64,000 nucleotides of DNA from an uncultured Bacilli bacterium (GTDB taxonomy: Bacteria > Bacillota_I > Bacilli_A > RF39 > UBA660), in contig CALVKJ010000001.1 in the NCBI GenBank assembly GCA_944332675.1, forward strand, positions 5,235 to 69,234, given 5' to 3'. The first letter of the stretch is position 1; the number at the start of each line of letters is the position of its first letter. The position numbers and the translations under genes are program-made. The notes beneath the pieces were generated by a model. The model was not told the DNA's origin. It made no database searches and worked only from the letters and a program-made list of their open reading frames with translations. Of the stretch, positions 39,516 through 49,489 are shown one piece after another.

Positions 39516-40408
39516 TCCTCTATTCTATATGGTGAAGCTTGACTACCTTCACCACTTGCCAAATGTACGGTACTATTTAAATAAAATACTGGTCTAATTT
39601 GAAATGTATTTTCTACGGTACTGGAAGACAATGTTCCATTATTATTAATATAAAATGCAGTATTATGAGTAGAATTATCTCGCGAAATTGTCCAGTAACT
39701 TGTGCCATTATTTAACCAATTATCAGTCCCAGTAGCAGTTGATCCATAATTATCTTGAATTGTTCCATAACCATAATCGGATATATATAATAAAGCAATT
39801 TTGTTATTTACCCAAATATTTTTATTTTGATTATTTCCTAATTCATTTTCATAAATATTTTTTAATGTATCTGTTGCTAATGAATTAGTAATACCATTAG
39901 TATAAAAATTAGTTGTGGCAATTAAAGATGCATAAGTACTTAAGGTATTTAAATAGTTAGTATTTAAATAATTATAAATCGTCGTATTTATAAAATAGTT
40001 GGTTTCATCGGTATCAAAAGCTAAAGTAGCTACACTACTATTCGATATAAGTTTAACTTTGCCATCAATTACCCCGATTATGCGATATAAATTATTACTA
40101 GGACAAGGAGTAACAATAGTACCAAAACATACATAATTATTTGGATTTGCTCCAGTATAACGGTAAGAATTATCCCCTGCTCCATTTACTAAATCGGCAT
40201 TGTGGTGAACAAGGCCAAGTTCTTCAGCGTGATTAATTAAATAGCGGGCAAAAGTTGTATCTGATATATTCTCTTTAATTTCAGCTTTCATACTATTTAA
40301 AAGAAGACGATTGCTAACCAAATTATTGACAATAAAAAGCATAAGTAACAAAAATACAACAAAAAATGAGTAAACAACAGAAATTGATATAAATCCTTTT
40401 TTATTCAT
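39512..40408 (-). CDS. type IV pilin-like protein with a C-terminal domain shared with the 508-aa secreted protein
   Basis: Probable start MNKKGFISISVV at 40408 with SD AGGTGA; KKG|F prepilin-like N-terminus lacking Glu+5; C-terminal YRYTGANPNNYVCFG...CP..NLYRIIGVIDGKVKLI...WTISR...RPVFYL...SPY domain. Confidence 0.55.
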   Translation of the reverse strand: MNKKGFISISVVYSFFVVFLLLMLFIVNNLVSNRLLLNSMKAEIKENISDTTFARYLINHAEELGLVHHNADLVNGAGDNSYRYTGANPNNYVCFGTIVTPCPSNNLYRIIGVIDGKVKLISNSSVATLAFDTDETNYFINTTIYNYLNTNYLNTLSTYASLIATTNFYTNGITNSLATDTLKNIYENELGNNQNKNIWVNNKIALLYISDYGYGTIQDNYGSTATGTDNWLNNGTSYWTISRDNSTHNTAFYINNNGTLSSSTVENTFQIRPVFYLNSTVHLASGEGSQASPYRIEE

Positions 40409-40416
40409 ACAATCAC

Positions 40417-41013
40417 CTAAATTCCTAAAGATACATAATAAAGGTTGCATCCTTCATCAGTACCAGGAACACACCTACTAAGTCTGCCATCAACCGTATA
40501 TTCAGAATATTCTACAATTAAATAATAATTATAAGTAGTATCATTTAAAGTTTGAATATAACTATTAATAGCATAATTTAAATTAGAAGTTGATGCTTCA
40601 CATTTGGTATCATCTTTCAAATTAGTACAATTACTAAGCATATCAGAGTCCATTATTAACATTTGATTAACGCTAAAATTAGTAAAAATATTTTCCATAG
40701 TAGCTTTCATATTATTAGCGATTTGCTCACTATTAAACATCCCATCAAATTCTGGGCCGATAGTGATTATATAACTATTTTCAAAAGCATAACTTTTTAT
40801 ATTTTCTATATTAGTATTATTTTCTAGAAACTCCCTTATATAATTTGTCCGATATATATAAGCAGTATCATCATAATAAAGTCGTGTTTCTTCCCTATTG
40901 ATGATACTACTATATGTTCCATACAAATAAAGTAGTGAGGTTGACAATACAACAACAGTTATAATAGTTTCGATAATAGCAAATCCCTGTTTATTTTTTT
41001 TCATTCTCATCAT
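40417..41013 (-). CDS. type IV pilin / pseudopilin (ComGC-like)
   Basis: Canonical prepilin motif KQG|FAIIE (Gly-1, Phe+1, Glu+5) followed by a hydrophobic helix; 198 aa. Confidence 0.75.
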   Translation of the reverse strand: MMRMKKNKQGFAIIETIITVVVLSTSLLYLYGTYSSIINREETRLYYDDTAYIYRTNYIREFLENNTNIENIKSYAFENSYIITIGPEFDGMFNSEQIANNMKATMENIFTNFSVNQMLIMDSDMLSNCTNLKDDTKCEASTSNLNYAINSYIQTLNDTTYNYYLIVEYSEYTVDGRLSRCVPGTDEGCNLYYVSLGI

Positions 41014-41109
41014 CCTATTTTATCTATAATTATATTATAAACTATTTAATTATTTTTTTAAAGCACAATCATTCATTTTCTCATTACATATATTATTATA
41101 GGTGGTTTT

Positions 41110-41295
41110 ATGTATCCTTGTAATCGTGGTCCTGGTGGAGGTTTAACAATTTTAATGCTATTTATATTATCTATTTTGATATTTTATCAACTGATAATTA
41201 CATTAATTCTTCCTTTTAGATGGAATATATTTGTGCTTATTTTGGAAATGTTTTTATTCTTTTTCTTTTTATGTCGTATTATTTGGCCGCATTAA
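41110..41295 (+). CDS. small hydrophobic protein (61 aa), doubtful
   Basis: Two predicted TM helices, weak RBS AGGTGG with short spacing; lies in the promoter region of the minus-strand pilin genes. Confidence 0.2.
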   Translation: MYPCNRGPGGGLTILMLFILSILIFYQLIITLILPFRWNIFVLILEMFLFFFFLCRIIWPH

Positions 41296-41307
41296 AAAAA
41301 TAGTTTT

Positions 41308-42204
41308 TCAACTATTTTCTTCTTCCGTATTATAATATGGTCTTATTAAATCTTCTGTTTTAAATACATAATCAATTACTTGATTATTATAACGGCATTG
41401 GGATATTTCACTGTCCCCTTTTTTTAATTCTGGAGGTAAAGTTATTAAAATGAATAGTAACTTTTTTTCATATTCGAGTAAGGGAAATTTATACATATAT
41501 CTTTCTAAGCATTCAGCAAAATTGATATTTAAATATTCTTTTTTATAAAGTTTAACTAAATCAATAATAGGTGTATCTATTAAATAGTCATCCCAACTAA
41601 TTAATACTTCTCTATTTCCTTTTAAATAGTGATCGAGTGCTAAATTGTTATGGACAACAGATACTCTAGTTTTAGTTTCTCCTTTAATTAATTCATACCA
41701 ATTGTCTAATTCTTTATCACAAAAATCTAAGGCAGCGTTGAGTTTAGAGAAATTTCTTAAAAACTGATATGTTGATGGAGATTGATAAACTTCACTAAAG
41801 CCCATTTCAAAAAGAGTATCGTAGTAATTTTTTAAATAGCTTATATTACTTTTAATATCTTCATAAATTGCTTTATAGGTATCTTCACTTACTTCTTTAA
41901 AATAGCTAGTTTTATTATGTAAACTAGCTATTAAATCGATTATATCATCACACATTTGTTCTTTAGGCATACGTATGCTTTCGACATATTCAAAGACATT
42001 GACATCTCGTCTGGAAGCATCAACGAGTTTGGGAAAATGATCAAACCCCCGACTTATCAAATAATTATATAATTCATTAATATCTTTTCTCTTGGGTTTA
42101 ATTATAAAATCTCCACTGGTAGTTTCTAAAAGTGTTGCTTTGCCCTTTAGAGTATAACGATATGGTTTATAGATGGCTTTTAATACTTCTAAGCTTCTAC
42201 TCAT
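41308..42204 (-). CDS. CotS/aminoglycoside-phosphotransferase-like kinase family protein
   Basis: APH/CotS-like catalytic loop HNNLALDHYL and a downstream ISWDD (DxD-like) motif; 298 aa. Confidence 0.55.
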   Translation of the reverse strand: MSRSLEVLKAIYKPYRYTLKGKATLLETTSGDFIIKPKRKDINELYNYLISRGFDHFPKLVDASRRDVNVFEYVESIRMPKEQMCDDIIDLIASLHNKTSYFKEVSEDTYKAIYEDIKSNISYLKNYYDTLFEMGFSEVYQSPSTYQFLRNFSKLNAALDFCDKELDNWYELIKGETKTRVSVVHNNLALDHYLKGNREVLISWDDYLIDTPIIDLVKLYKKEYLNINFAECLERYMYKFPLLEYEKKLLFILITLPPELKKGDSEISQCRYNNQVIDYVFKTEDLIRPYYNTEEENS

Positions 42205-42946
42205 TTATTTCAGGTATAATTAATTTATCTCCGATAGCAATTGTACTTAAATCGTTATATTCTCCAAGTATGCTAGTAGTTGTATTATATTTAGCACAAA
42301 CTGATTCTAAAGTATCTACTTCTTGCATTACGTGAATATGATAAGTTACAAAACTATCTTCTTTACTAATACTATCTATAACGGTATTTTGTTCTTGTTC
42401 TGTTAATTCGTTATCACGAACTTCAGTTGGTTTATCTATTACTTCAGTATCCACAGTTTCTTCCTCACTTTCTTTAGTTTCTTCAAAATCATTTGGTTCA
42501 GTAGGTTCTGTTTCTTCAAGCGTTTCGCTTTCTTTTCTTTCATCTATCTCAGAATCAAGACTGTCTAGAATATCATCTAAAGAAACTGATTCCTCAGCAA
42601 TTGGTTCAAATACGTCTTCTTCTCTTGCCTCGATTGCATTAATGCTATATTCAATATTTACTTTTAAGGTATCGTTGTCGATGATTTCATAAGTGAAGTC
42701 TTCAATGGCAAAATCAACAGATTCTGTATCAATTCTCGTAGTTAAGTTTACAGAAAACGGTAAAACTTGTTCGAAATGTTCTTTATTAACACTTACTTCA
42801 TGGGATTTATAATCTCCAGAAACGATGAAATTTCCTAATATTTCATTATCATTAACGGTATATTCATTTTCTAAAGAAATACTCACTATTTCAGAAATAT
42901 TAGTGTTAAACTTAATATTCTTAGTAAACGGTATTATACAATTCAT
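42197..42946 (-). CDS. SpoVID-like protein (DUF3794-type N-domain plus C-terminal LysM)
   Basis: N-terminus ISEIVSISLENEYTVNDNEILGNFIVSGDY resembles the SpoVID/DUF3794 N-domain; acidic middle; C-terminal LysM (LESVCAKYNTTTSILGEYNDL...GDKLIIP). Confidence 0.55.
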   Translation of the reverse strand: MNCIIPFTKNIKFNTNISEIVSISLENEYTVNDNEILGNFIVSGDYKSHEVSVNKEHFEQVLPFSVNLTTRIDTESVDFAIEDFTYEIIDNDTLKVNIEYSINAIEAREEDVFEPIAEESVSLDDILDSLDSEIDERKESETLEETEPTEPNDFEETKESEEETVDTEVIDKPTEVRDNELTEQEQNTVIDSISKEDSFVTYHIHVMQEVDTLESVCAKYNTTTSILGEYNDLSTIAIGDKLIIPEINE

Positions 42947-43018
42947 AAATTTCCTCCTTAATAAAATTTATGAATAACTGGTTTTTTTATACCAAAAAAA
43001 TAAAGAGCAATTAGCTCT

Positions 43019-44362
43019 TTAATCATCGTAATTAGTTCGATCTTCCAAGATATCTTCAGCTCGGTCAAGTATATCTTCAACGCTTTCAAGTTGGGCATCA
43101 AATGTACGATAATCATTATATGATAATTGGCTGTTACGATACATTCTTTCTAGTTCATCTTCATAACGATCTAATTTGTTTTCAAGGGTTTCAATTTTAT
43201 TTTTCCATTCCCAATAAAGGTTAATTGTTTCACTACGATTACTAGGGATAGTCAAACTATTAATAGAGTTTTGCAAACTTTCGGCCTCAGTGCTGTAATC
43301 GGATAAAGTAGAAGTGATTCCTGAGGTGTTAACAGAAGTTGTACTTTGATTATTGCTTGATGAAGAAGAACTATTATTTGAAGAATTATTACTTGATGTA
43401 TGATTATCATCATCATATTCATTTTCAGCTTTAATAATCGCTCCATTTATAGCATCGACTTCATAATCATATTCTCGACTATTGTAATAGAATTCTACTT
43501 CATAAACCATTAAGCCATCATCATAATCCATTTCTACTTTACTAGTAGTTACATCACTTGCGCTAATACCAGCATCTTCATAGACAATTTCTAAAGCTTT
43601 ATTTTTTCCAATATAAGCTTTATCACTTGCACTACCCGATGTTGTTACATTTTCTGTGGTATCTCCTAATAATAAGTTTAGTTCATTAATTGATAAATCT
43701 TTTAAACCTTCATATGTATATAAGTTATTTTTAGCAATCAATTTTTCAATAAGTTCTAATTTACCTACAGATATACCATATTGTTTAGCTAAGGCTTCAG
43801 CATCACTATTTGATGAAATGCTTTGACTAACTACGGAAATATTATTACCACTATTTATGAAAGAATTTAATTCATCAACTATTTTTTGTCTTAATCTTTC
43901 ACTTTCGGCCGAATCGGGATTATCTACAGAAATTAAAATAGAATTTGCTAATTCATCGATATAACCATTGCGAACCATCGAACCAATCAAAGCATTTACT
44001 GCAACATTTATATTACTGCCACTTAAATCCATTCCTTCTAAAATTATTTTAGCATCATCATTATTAGCTATTACATCTAATACTTTTTCATTTTTGTTGA
44101 TGGTAAGTTCAATACTGGGATTAACATCAATACCAATAGTTGATGCTACTTTTAGATTATTATTAAAGTATCCTAAACCAATAAACAGACAAACACAAGC
44201 TACTAGACAAGTACTAAGGCCAATTATTAAACCTTTTTTGGGAGTTTTTTTCTCATTTTTCATATAAACCATTCCTTTCCTCTTTTTTAAAGCTTCTTCA
44301 TCGAAATCGGGAAGTTTTATATTGTTAAAAGAATCTTTAATTTTTTTCTTTATTTTATTCAT
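43019..44362 (-). CDS. anti-sigma factor, membrane-spanning with extracytoplasmic PepSY-like domain
   Basis: Cytoplasmic N-terminus, one TM, ectodomain with a PepSY-like segment (DDGLMVYEVEFYYNSREYDYEVDAINGAIIK), coiled-coil C-terminus; ATGA overlap with the upstream ECF sigma gene. Confidence 0.6.
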   Translation of the reverse strand: MNKIKKKIKDSFNNIKLPDFDEEALKKRKGMVYMKNEKKTPKKGLIIGLSTCLVACVCLFIGLGYFNNNLKVASTIGIDVNPSIELTINKNEKVLDVIANNDDAKIILEGMDLSGSNINVAVNALIGSMVRNGYIDELANSILISVDNPDSAESERLRQKIVDELNSFINSGNNISVVSQSISSNSDAEALAKQYGISVGKLELIEKLIAKNNLYTYEGLKDLSINELNLLLGDTTENVTTSGSASDKAYIGKNKALEIVYEDAGISASDVTTSKVEMDYDDGLMVYEVEFYYNSREYDYEVDAINGAIIKAENEYDDDNHTSSNNSSNNSSSSSSNNQSTTSVNTSGITSTLSDYSTEAESLQNSINSLTIPSNRSETINLYWEWKNKIETLENKLDRYEDELERMYRNSQLSYNDYRTFDAQLESVEDILDRAEDILEDRTNYDD

Positions 44363-44865
44363 ACCGATTCCTCCTTTACAATTTCTTTAATTCTTTTTAT
44401 AGCTCGATGATATTTAGATAATGTGGTAGATAATTTTAAATCGAGCAATTTAGCAATTTCGTGAAATTTAAATCCATTTACTACGTGCAGGATAACAATT
44501 TCTCGTTCTTCCTTAGTTAATTTATCTAATAAATGTTTTATGAATATTTTATCATCGTGATTATCAGTAGATGAAAATTCTAAATCATCAATGTCTGTAG
44601 TTTTTTTACTTTTTCGTAGTTTCATATAAGATAAATTTTTGGTAATCGTAAGTATCCAAGCCATCGGTTTATCTTTGTTTTCATAACGATTAGCATTATT
44701 ATATACCGATACAAATGTATCTTGCATAACTTCTAAAGCATCATCGTGATTTCTAAGAATGCTTAAAGCAAAACTATATACGTTCTTATTAATTAATTCG
44801 TATAACTTGTATAATGCATCAGCATCCTTGTTTGCTATTTGTAAAATGTAACTACTTAACTCCAT
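44359..44865 (-). CDS. ECF-type RNA polymerase sigma-70 family factor
   Basis: Region 2 (DALEVMQDTFVSVYNNANRY) and region-4 HTH (EREIVILHVVNGFKFHEIAKLLDLKLSTTLSKYHRAIKRIK); 168 aa. Confidence 0.85.
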   Translation of the reverse strand: MELSSYILQIANKDADALYKLYELINKNVYSFALSILRNHDDALEVMQDTFVSVYNNANRYENKDKPMAWILTITKNLSYMKLRKSKKTTDIDDLEFSSTDNHDDKIFIKHLLDKLTKEEREIVILHVVNGFKFHEIAKLLDLKLSTTLSKYHRAIKRIKEIVKEESV

Positions 44866-45104
44866 TATTTACTCCTTTCATTAAGACAATGCAGCAAGTC
44901 TTAATTTTATTGCAAATAAATTTAATTTTTTTATTTTTATTAATATAACATACTTTAGGAGAAGAAAAAAGGATGAAATATAAAATTTCATCCATTATAG
45001 CATATTATAACTTTTGTTTTATTTATTGTGTTTATTGTTAGATCAAGACATATAAATATTTTTTAATAAAGCTAATAAAAATTTGCTTTATTATAGAAAT
45101 AATT

Positions 45105-45153
45105 AAAATGCAAGTTTTTCCCACGACTTTTGATGCAAAAATGCAAGTTTTTC
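45105..45153. repeat. two direct copies of aaaatgcaagtttttc spaced ~32 bp apart
   Basis: Copies at 45105-45120 and 45137-45153 in the intergenic region between the queA terminator and the ECF sigma operon. Confidence 0.6.
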
Positions 45154-45154
45154 T

Positions 45155-45189
45155 CCAAAATAATAAGTTGTCTAGTTAGATTAGACAAC
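45155..45189 (-). terminator. rho-independent terminator immediately after queA
   Basis: 8-bp stem gttgtcta/tagacaac with a 7-nt loop, followed on the minus strand by ttattatttt. Confidence 0.6.
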
Positions 45190-46206
45190 CTATTTTATAA
45201 ACATTGCATCTCCAAAAGAGAAAAATCTAAAATTATGTTTTATCGCATAGTTATAGGCATTAAGGATATTTTCTTTGCTAGCTAATGCCGAAACTAACAT
45301 TAAAAGTGTACTTTTAGGTAAGTGAAAATTGGTAATTAAACCATCAATTGCTTTAAACTCAAATCCCGGATAGATAAATATATCGGTATTTCCACTACAA
45401 GGAACAAATTTTTCGTAATTATGTCTTACAGTTTCTAATACTCTTGTTGAAGTAGTACCAACAGCATAAATTTTTCCCTTAGCATTATTTAACACATCTG
45501 CTGCCTCTTTAGATAATACATAATATTCACTATGCATATGGTGTTTTGTTATATCTGTTACTTCAACTGGTCTAAATGTTCCAAGACCAACGTGAAGAGT
45601 TACATAAACTAAGGTAACTCCTTTAGCTTTGATTTGTTCTAATAATTCATTAGTAAAATGTAACCCTGCTGTTGGAGCTGCCGCTGAACCAATATTTTTA
45701 GCATAAACAGTTTGATATCTAGATTGATCATCTAGTTTTTCGTGAATATATGGTGGAAGTGGCATAGTACCTAACTTCTCTAATATTTCCATAAGAATAC
45801 CTTGATATAATAACTTAACTATGACTATACCTTCATCCTTTTTCTCAGTTACTTCTGCTTTTAATTCTCCACTTCCGAAACTTATAATTGTACCTACGTG
45901 AAGTCTTTTCTGAGGACGAGATAAGCATTCCCAGGTATCTCCTTCAATATTTTTTAAAAGTAGTAATTCAATAACTGCTTTAGTGTCTTCCTTTTCACCG
46001 ATAAGTCGTGCAGGAATTACTTTAGTATCATTTAAAACTAATATATCTTTAGGATTTAAATAATCGATGATATTTTTAAATACATCTTCTTGTAAAGCAC
46101 CATTTTTTTTATCCATCACAAGTAGTTTGGAATCACTTCTGGTTTTAAGTGGCGTTTGAGCAATTAATTCTGGTGGTAAATCATAGTTGTATTCTTCAAT
46201 ATTCAT
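45190..46206 (-). CDS. queA: S-adenosylmethionine:tRNA ribosyltransferase-isomerase
   Basis: N-terminus [20 protein letters not shown] and C-terminus [11 protein letters not shown] are QueA-typical; 338 aa. Confidence 0.95.
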   Translation of the reverse strand: MNIEEYNYDLPPELIAQTPLKTRSDSKLLVMDKKNGALQEDVFKNIIDYLNPKDILVLNDTKVIPARLIGEKEDTKAVIELLLLKNIEGDTWECLSRPQKRLHVGTIISFGSGELKAEVTEKKDEGIVIVKLLYQGILMEILEKLGTMPLPPYIHEKLDDQSRYQTVYAKNIGSAAAPTAGLHFTNELLEQIKAKGVTLVYVTLHVGLGTFRPVEVTDITKHHMHSEYYVLSKEAADVLNNAKGKIYAVGTTSTRVLETVRHNYEKFVPCSGNTDIFIYPGFEFKAIDGLITNFHLPKSTLLMLVSALASKENILNAYNYAIKHNFRFFSFGDAMFIK

Positions 46207-46880
46207 TTGATTATTTCCTCAAATCTAGCCATTACTTCATCAGAAATATCATCAATTGTTCTAATTACATCATCTTTAACACAATCTATTTTTATATATC
46301 CATATTTTTCTGTAAGTTCTAAGTATGCTTGTTCTGCCCGTTTTAAGTGTTCACGACTTGCTTCGTGTTGATCAGCTGATTCTGCCCTACTTTGTTTTAG
46401 TATCGCCGCATAAGGGGATGGCATATATAAAAATATAACAGCATCTGGACGAGGTAATTCCATTATGCCAAATTCAAGTTCATCAAGTTTTTCATACATT
46501 TTCTGACGGTCTTCTTTAGATGCTAATTTACCACCTTGATGAGCCATATTAGATTCAACATATCTATCTAGAAGAACAATATCTCCATTATTTAAGTGAT
46601 CTACTATTTCCTTAATGTTGTATCTTCGATCGGCAGCATAATAAGCAGATGCTACCAAAGCATCAACATTTGTTGCGCCTTCCGGAAACCATCCATCACA
46701 AATGTATGATTTACCTAAATATGGTCCACCAACAATCTTACCAGTTGGAGTGTCATATCTTGGAAAACTATAATTATATACTTTTATACCTTTTTTCTTA
46801 CATCTTTCAACTATTTTTTTAGTTTGTGTTTCTTTACCAGAACAATCTGTTCCTTCAATTACAATTAACTTACCTTTCAT
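46203..46880 (-). CDS. tmk: thymidylate kinase (eukaryotic/archaeal-like variant)
   Basis: P-loop [15 protein letters not shown] motif [17 protein letters not shown]-like region; context with folA and thyA. Confidence 0.75.
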   Translation of the reverse strand: MKGKLIVIEGTDCSGKETQTKKIVERCKKKGIKVYNYSFPRYDTPTGKIVGGPYLGKSYICDGWFPEGATNVDALVASAYYAADRRYNIKEIVDHLNNGDIVLLDRYVESNMAHQGGKLASKEDRQKMYEKLDELEFGIMELPRPDAVIFLYMPSPYAAILKQSRAESADQHEASREHLKRAEQAYLELTEKYGYIKIDCVKDDVIRTIDDISDEVMARFEEIIK

Positions 46881-47353
46881 TATAACCTCACATATTCTCT
46901 AAATCTATATTTTAAATCTCCATCTTGACTTAAAACATCCTTAACTATTTTAAATTTATTATAATCTACTTCAGGAAAATATACTTGGGCATCTTCTGAA
47001 GCATCAATTTCTGTTAAATAAAGTTTATCAGCATAAGGCAAAAACATTTCATAAATACTTGCCCCACCAATAATCATTACTTCTTCATCTAAACTTTGTA
47101 AATAATTTAATAACTTATCAAAATCAGAAAAAATTGTACCATTTTCAATATTTTTCAAACTATGTGATAAAACTATATATTCTCTTCCCTCTAATTTTTT
47201 GGGTAGTGATTTATAAGTGTTTGCTCCCATAACAATTTTTTTCCCCATTGTTATTCTTTTAAAATTTGCTAAATCTTCTTTTATATGCCAAATCAAATCA
47301 TTATTTTTACCAAGTTCATTATTTTTACCTATTGCTGCTATTATACTAATCAT
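46880..47353 (-). CDS. folA: dihydrofolate reductase
   Basis: DHFR motifs at the N-terminus IAAIGKNNELGKNNDLIW and GGASIY; 157 aa. Confidence 0.9.
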   Translation of the reverse strand: MISIIAAIGKNNELGKNNDLIWHIKEDLANFKRITMGKKIVMGANTYKSLPKKLEGREYIVLSHSLKNIENGTIFSDFDKLLNYLQSLDEEVMIIGGASIYEMFLPYADKLYLTEIDASEDAQVYFPEVDYNKFKIVKDVLSQDGDLKYRFREYVRL

Positions 47354-48252
47354 TATTGGGATATCGGAAACTTTATAGGCCCCATATGTTTATAATTTTT
47401 AATTTTTATATCTTTTAAATCTTTTGAGTTATCGAACTTGTAAAAATCATTTATTTCTGGATTAATCCATAATTCGGGAGCTGGCAAATCACCATCACGA
47501 TCAAATCTAGCAATTTGTTCTTTAATACCATCAATTTGATTAACATAAATATGGGCATCTTTGATACTATAATCAATTGTGCCAGGCTTTAATCCACATA
47601 CTTGAGCTACAAGAGATAATAACACTGCATATTGTGTAACATTAAATGGTAATCCTAAAGGTACATCACAACTTCTTTGATGCACCCACATATTAATTTT
47701 GCCATCAGTTACATCCCATTCTGTTGACCAAACACAACTAGGCAAAACTGCAGTTGCTAAGTAATCATCTTGCCACAAAGATATAACTAATCGGCGATCA
47801 GTCGGATTATTTTTAATTGTATTGATGATTTTATCGGTAAATCCGAACTTTTTAACAATATATCCATAGGCTGTTCCAATTGTATGAGCCATATCTTTAC
47901 CGAAGTCTTTAACTACTTCTTTTTTTACTAACTTGCCATCTTCTAATACATTTTGGATAGCTATCCACTTTCCATCTTCGTTTATTTCCCATTCATCCCA
48001 AATGTGAACGTTTCTTTCTTGTAACCAACGAACATCATTAGACTGTGCTTGATAAATCCAAAGCATTTCCAATATCGCTTGGCGGAAATATAGCTGTTTA
48101 GTAGTAAGGCAAGGAAACTCATCTTGCAAATCAAAATGTAAATGATAACTAGGTATCTTTATTGTATTAGTTCCTGTTCTATTTTCTATTTCTTTTCCTT
48201 CACTTAGTATAGTTTTACATAATTTAATATATTCTTTATCCCATTTTGACAT
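47353..48252 (-). CDS. thyA: thymidylate synthase (ThyA type, with Gram-positive-type insertion)
   Basis: NRTGT, LTTK, IWDEW and HQRSCDVPLGLPFN (Asn177 equivalent conserved); the catalytic Cys is in SCV rather than the canonical PCH. Confidence 0.88.
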   Translation of the reverse strand: MSKWDKEYIKLCKTILSEGKEIENRTGTNTIKIPSYHLHFDLQDEFPCLTTKQLYFRQAILEMLWIYQAQSNDVRWLQERNVHIWDEWEINEDGKWIAIQNVLEDGKLVKKEVVKDFGKDMAHTIGTAYGYIVKKFGFTDKIINTIKNNPTDRRLVISLWQDDYLATAVLPSCVWSTEWDVTDGKINMWVHQRSCDVPLGLPFNVTQYAVLLSLVAQVCGLKPGTIDYSIKDAHIYVNQIDGIKEQIARFDRDGDLPAPELWINPEINDFYKFDNSKDLKDIKIKNYKHMGPIKFPISQ

Positions 48253-48262
48253 AATTTACTCC

Positions 48263-49489
48263 TTATTCATACCATAATGGATATTTACTAGTAATTTCTA
48301 ATACTTCTTCATCTAGATTTTTAAGTATTTCTTCGTTCTTACTATTTTTTAGGGCCTTAGCAATAATGCTACCAATTTTCTTGAAATCAACTTCTTTTAA
48401 CCCACGAGTAGTCATCGCTGGTGAACCAAGTCTAATACCACTTGTAACATTAGGACTTTCTGTATCTCCCGGAATAGTATTTTTATTAACTGTTATATGA
48501 ATTTTATCTAACAAATTTTGAGCTTCTTTACCCGTTAAGCCACAAGTACTTTTAACATCTACCAAAATTAGATGATTATCAGTTCCCTCGGACACTATAT
48601 GAAATCCTTCATCTGCCAAAGTTTCAGCTAGAGCTTTTATGTTTTTTAGCACTTGTTCTTGATAATCTTTAAATTCCGGTTGTAATGCTTCATAGAAACA
48701 TTGTGCTTTAGCACCAATTACGTGCATTAATGGTCCACCTTGAATACCAGGGAATATTGTCTTATCTATTTTTTTTGCAATTTCTTCGTTATTAGTTAGT
48801 ATTAATCCACCGCGAGGACCACGTAAAGTTTTATGAGTTGTAGTTGTTACAACATCCGCATATTCAACTGGATTGGGATGTAAGCCAACTGCAACAAGTC
48901 CAGCAATATGAGCCATATCTACAAATAGGTATGCTCCAACTTCATCAGCAATTTCTCGAAAGCGTGCAAAATCAATAGTACGAGAATAAGCACTAGCTCC
49001 CGCAATAATCATTTTAGGCTTTTCTTTTAATGCTTTTTCTCTTAGGGCATTATAGTCAATCATTTCGGTTGCAGGATCTACATCATAATCAACTATTTCA
49101 TAGTCCAACCCGCTAAAAGACATTTTATGGCCATGAGTTAAATGTCCACCATTTGAAAGGTTCATTCCCATTACCTTATCACCGTGATTAAGTAACGCTC
49201 TATACACTGCCATATTAGCACTTGAACCAGAATGTGGTTGCACATTAGCAAATTTTGCTCCAAATAATTTTTTGGCATAATCCCTAGCAGTATCTTCAAA
49301 TATATCAATATATTCACATCCGCCATAATATCTTTTAGCGGGATAACCTTCTGCATATTTATTAGTAAGTATGCTTCCTTGAAGTTTTAATATATCATTA
49401 GATACATAATTTTCAGAAGCAATTAATTCAATATTATTTTCTTGTCTAAGCCGTTCCTTTCTTAAAGCATTTTCTAAAATCTTATCCAT
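48263..49489 (-). CDS. glyA: serine hydroxymethyltransferase
   Basis: PLP-Lys region [14 protein letters not shown]; 408 aa. Confidence 0.97.
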   Translation of the reverse strand: MDKILENALRKERLRQENNIELIASENYVSNDILKLQGSILTNKYAEGYPAKRYYGGCEYIDIFEDTARDYAKKLFGAKFANVQPHSGSSANMAVYRALLNHGDKVMGMNLSNGGHLTHGHKMSFSGLDYEIVDYDVDPATEMIDYNALREKALKEKPKMIIAGASAYSRTIDFARFREIADEVGAYLFVDMAHIAGLVAVGLHPNPVEYADVVTTTTHKTLRGPRGGLILTNNEEIAKKIDKTIFPGIQGGPLMHVIGAKAQCFYEALQPEFKDYQEQVLKNIKALAETLADEGFHIVSEGTDNHLILVDVKSTCGLTGKEAQNLLDKIHITVNKNTIPGDTESPNVTSGIRLGSPAMTTRGLKEVDFKKIGSIIAKALKNSKNEEILKNLDEEVLEITSKYPLWYE

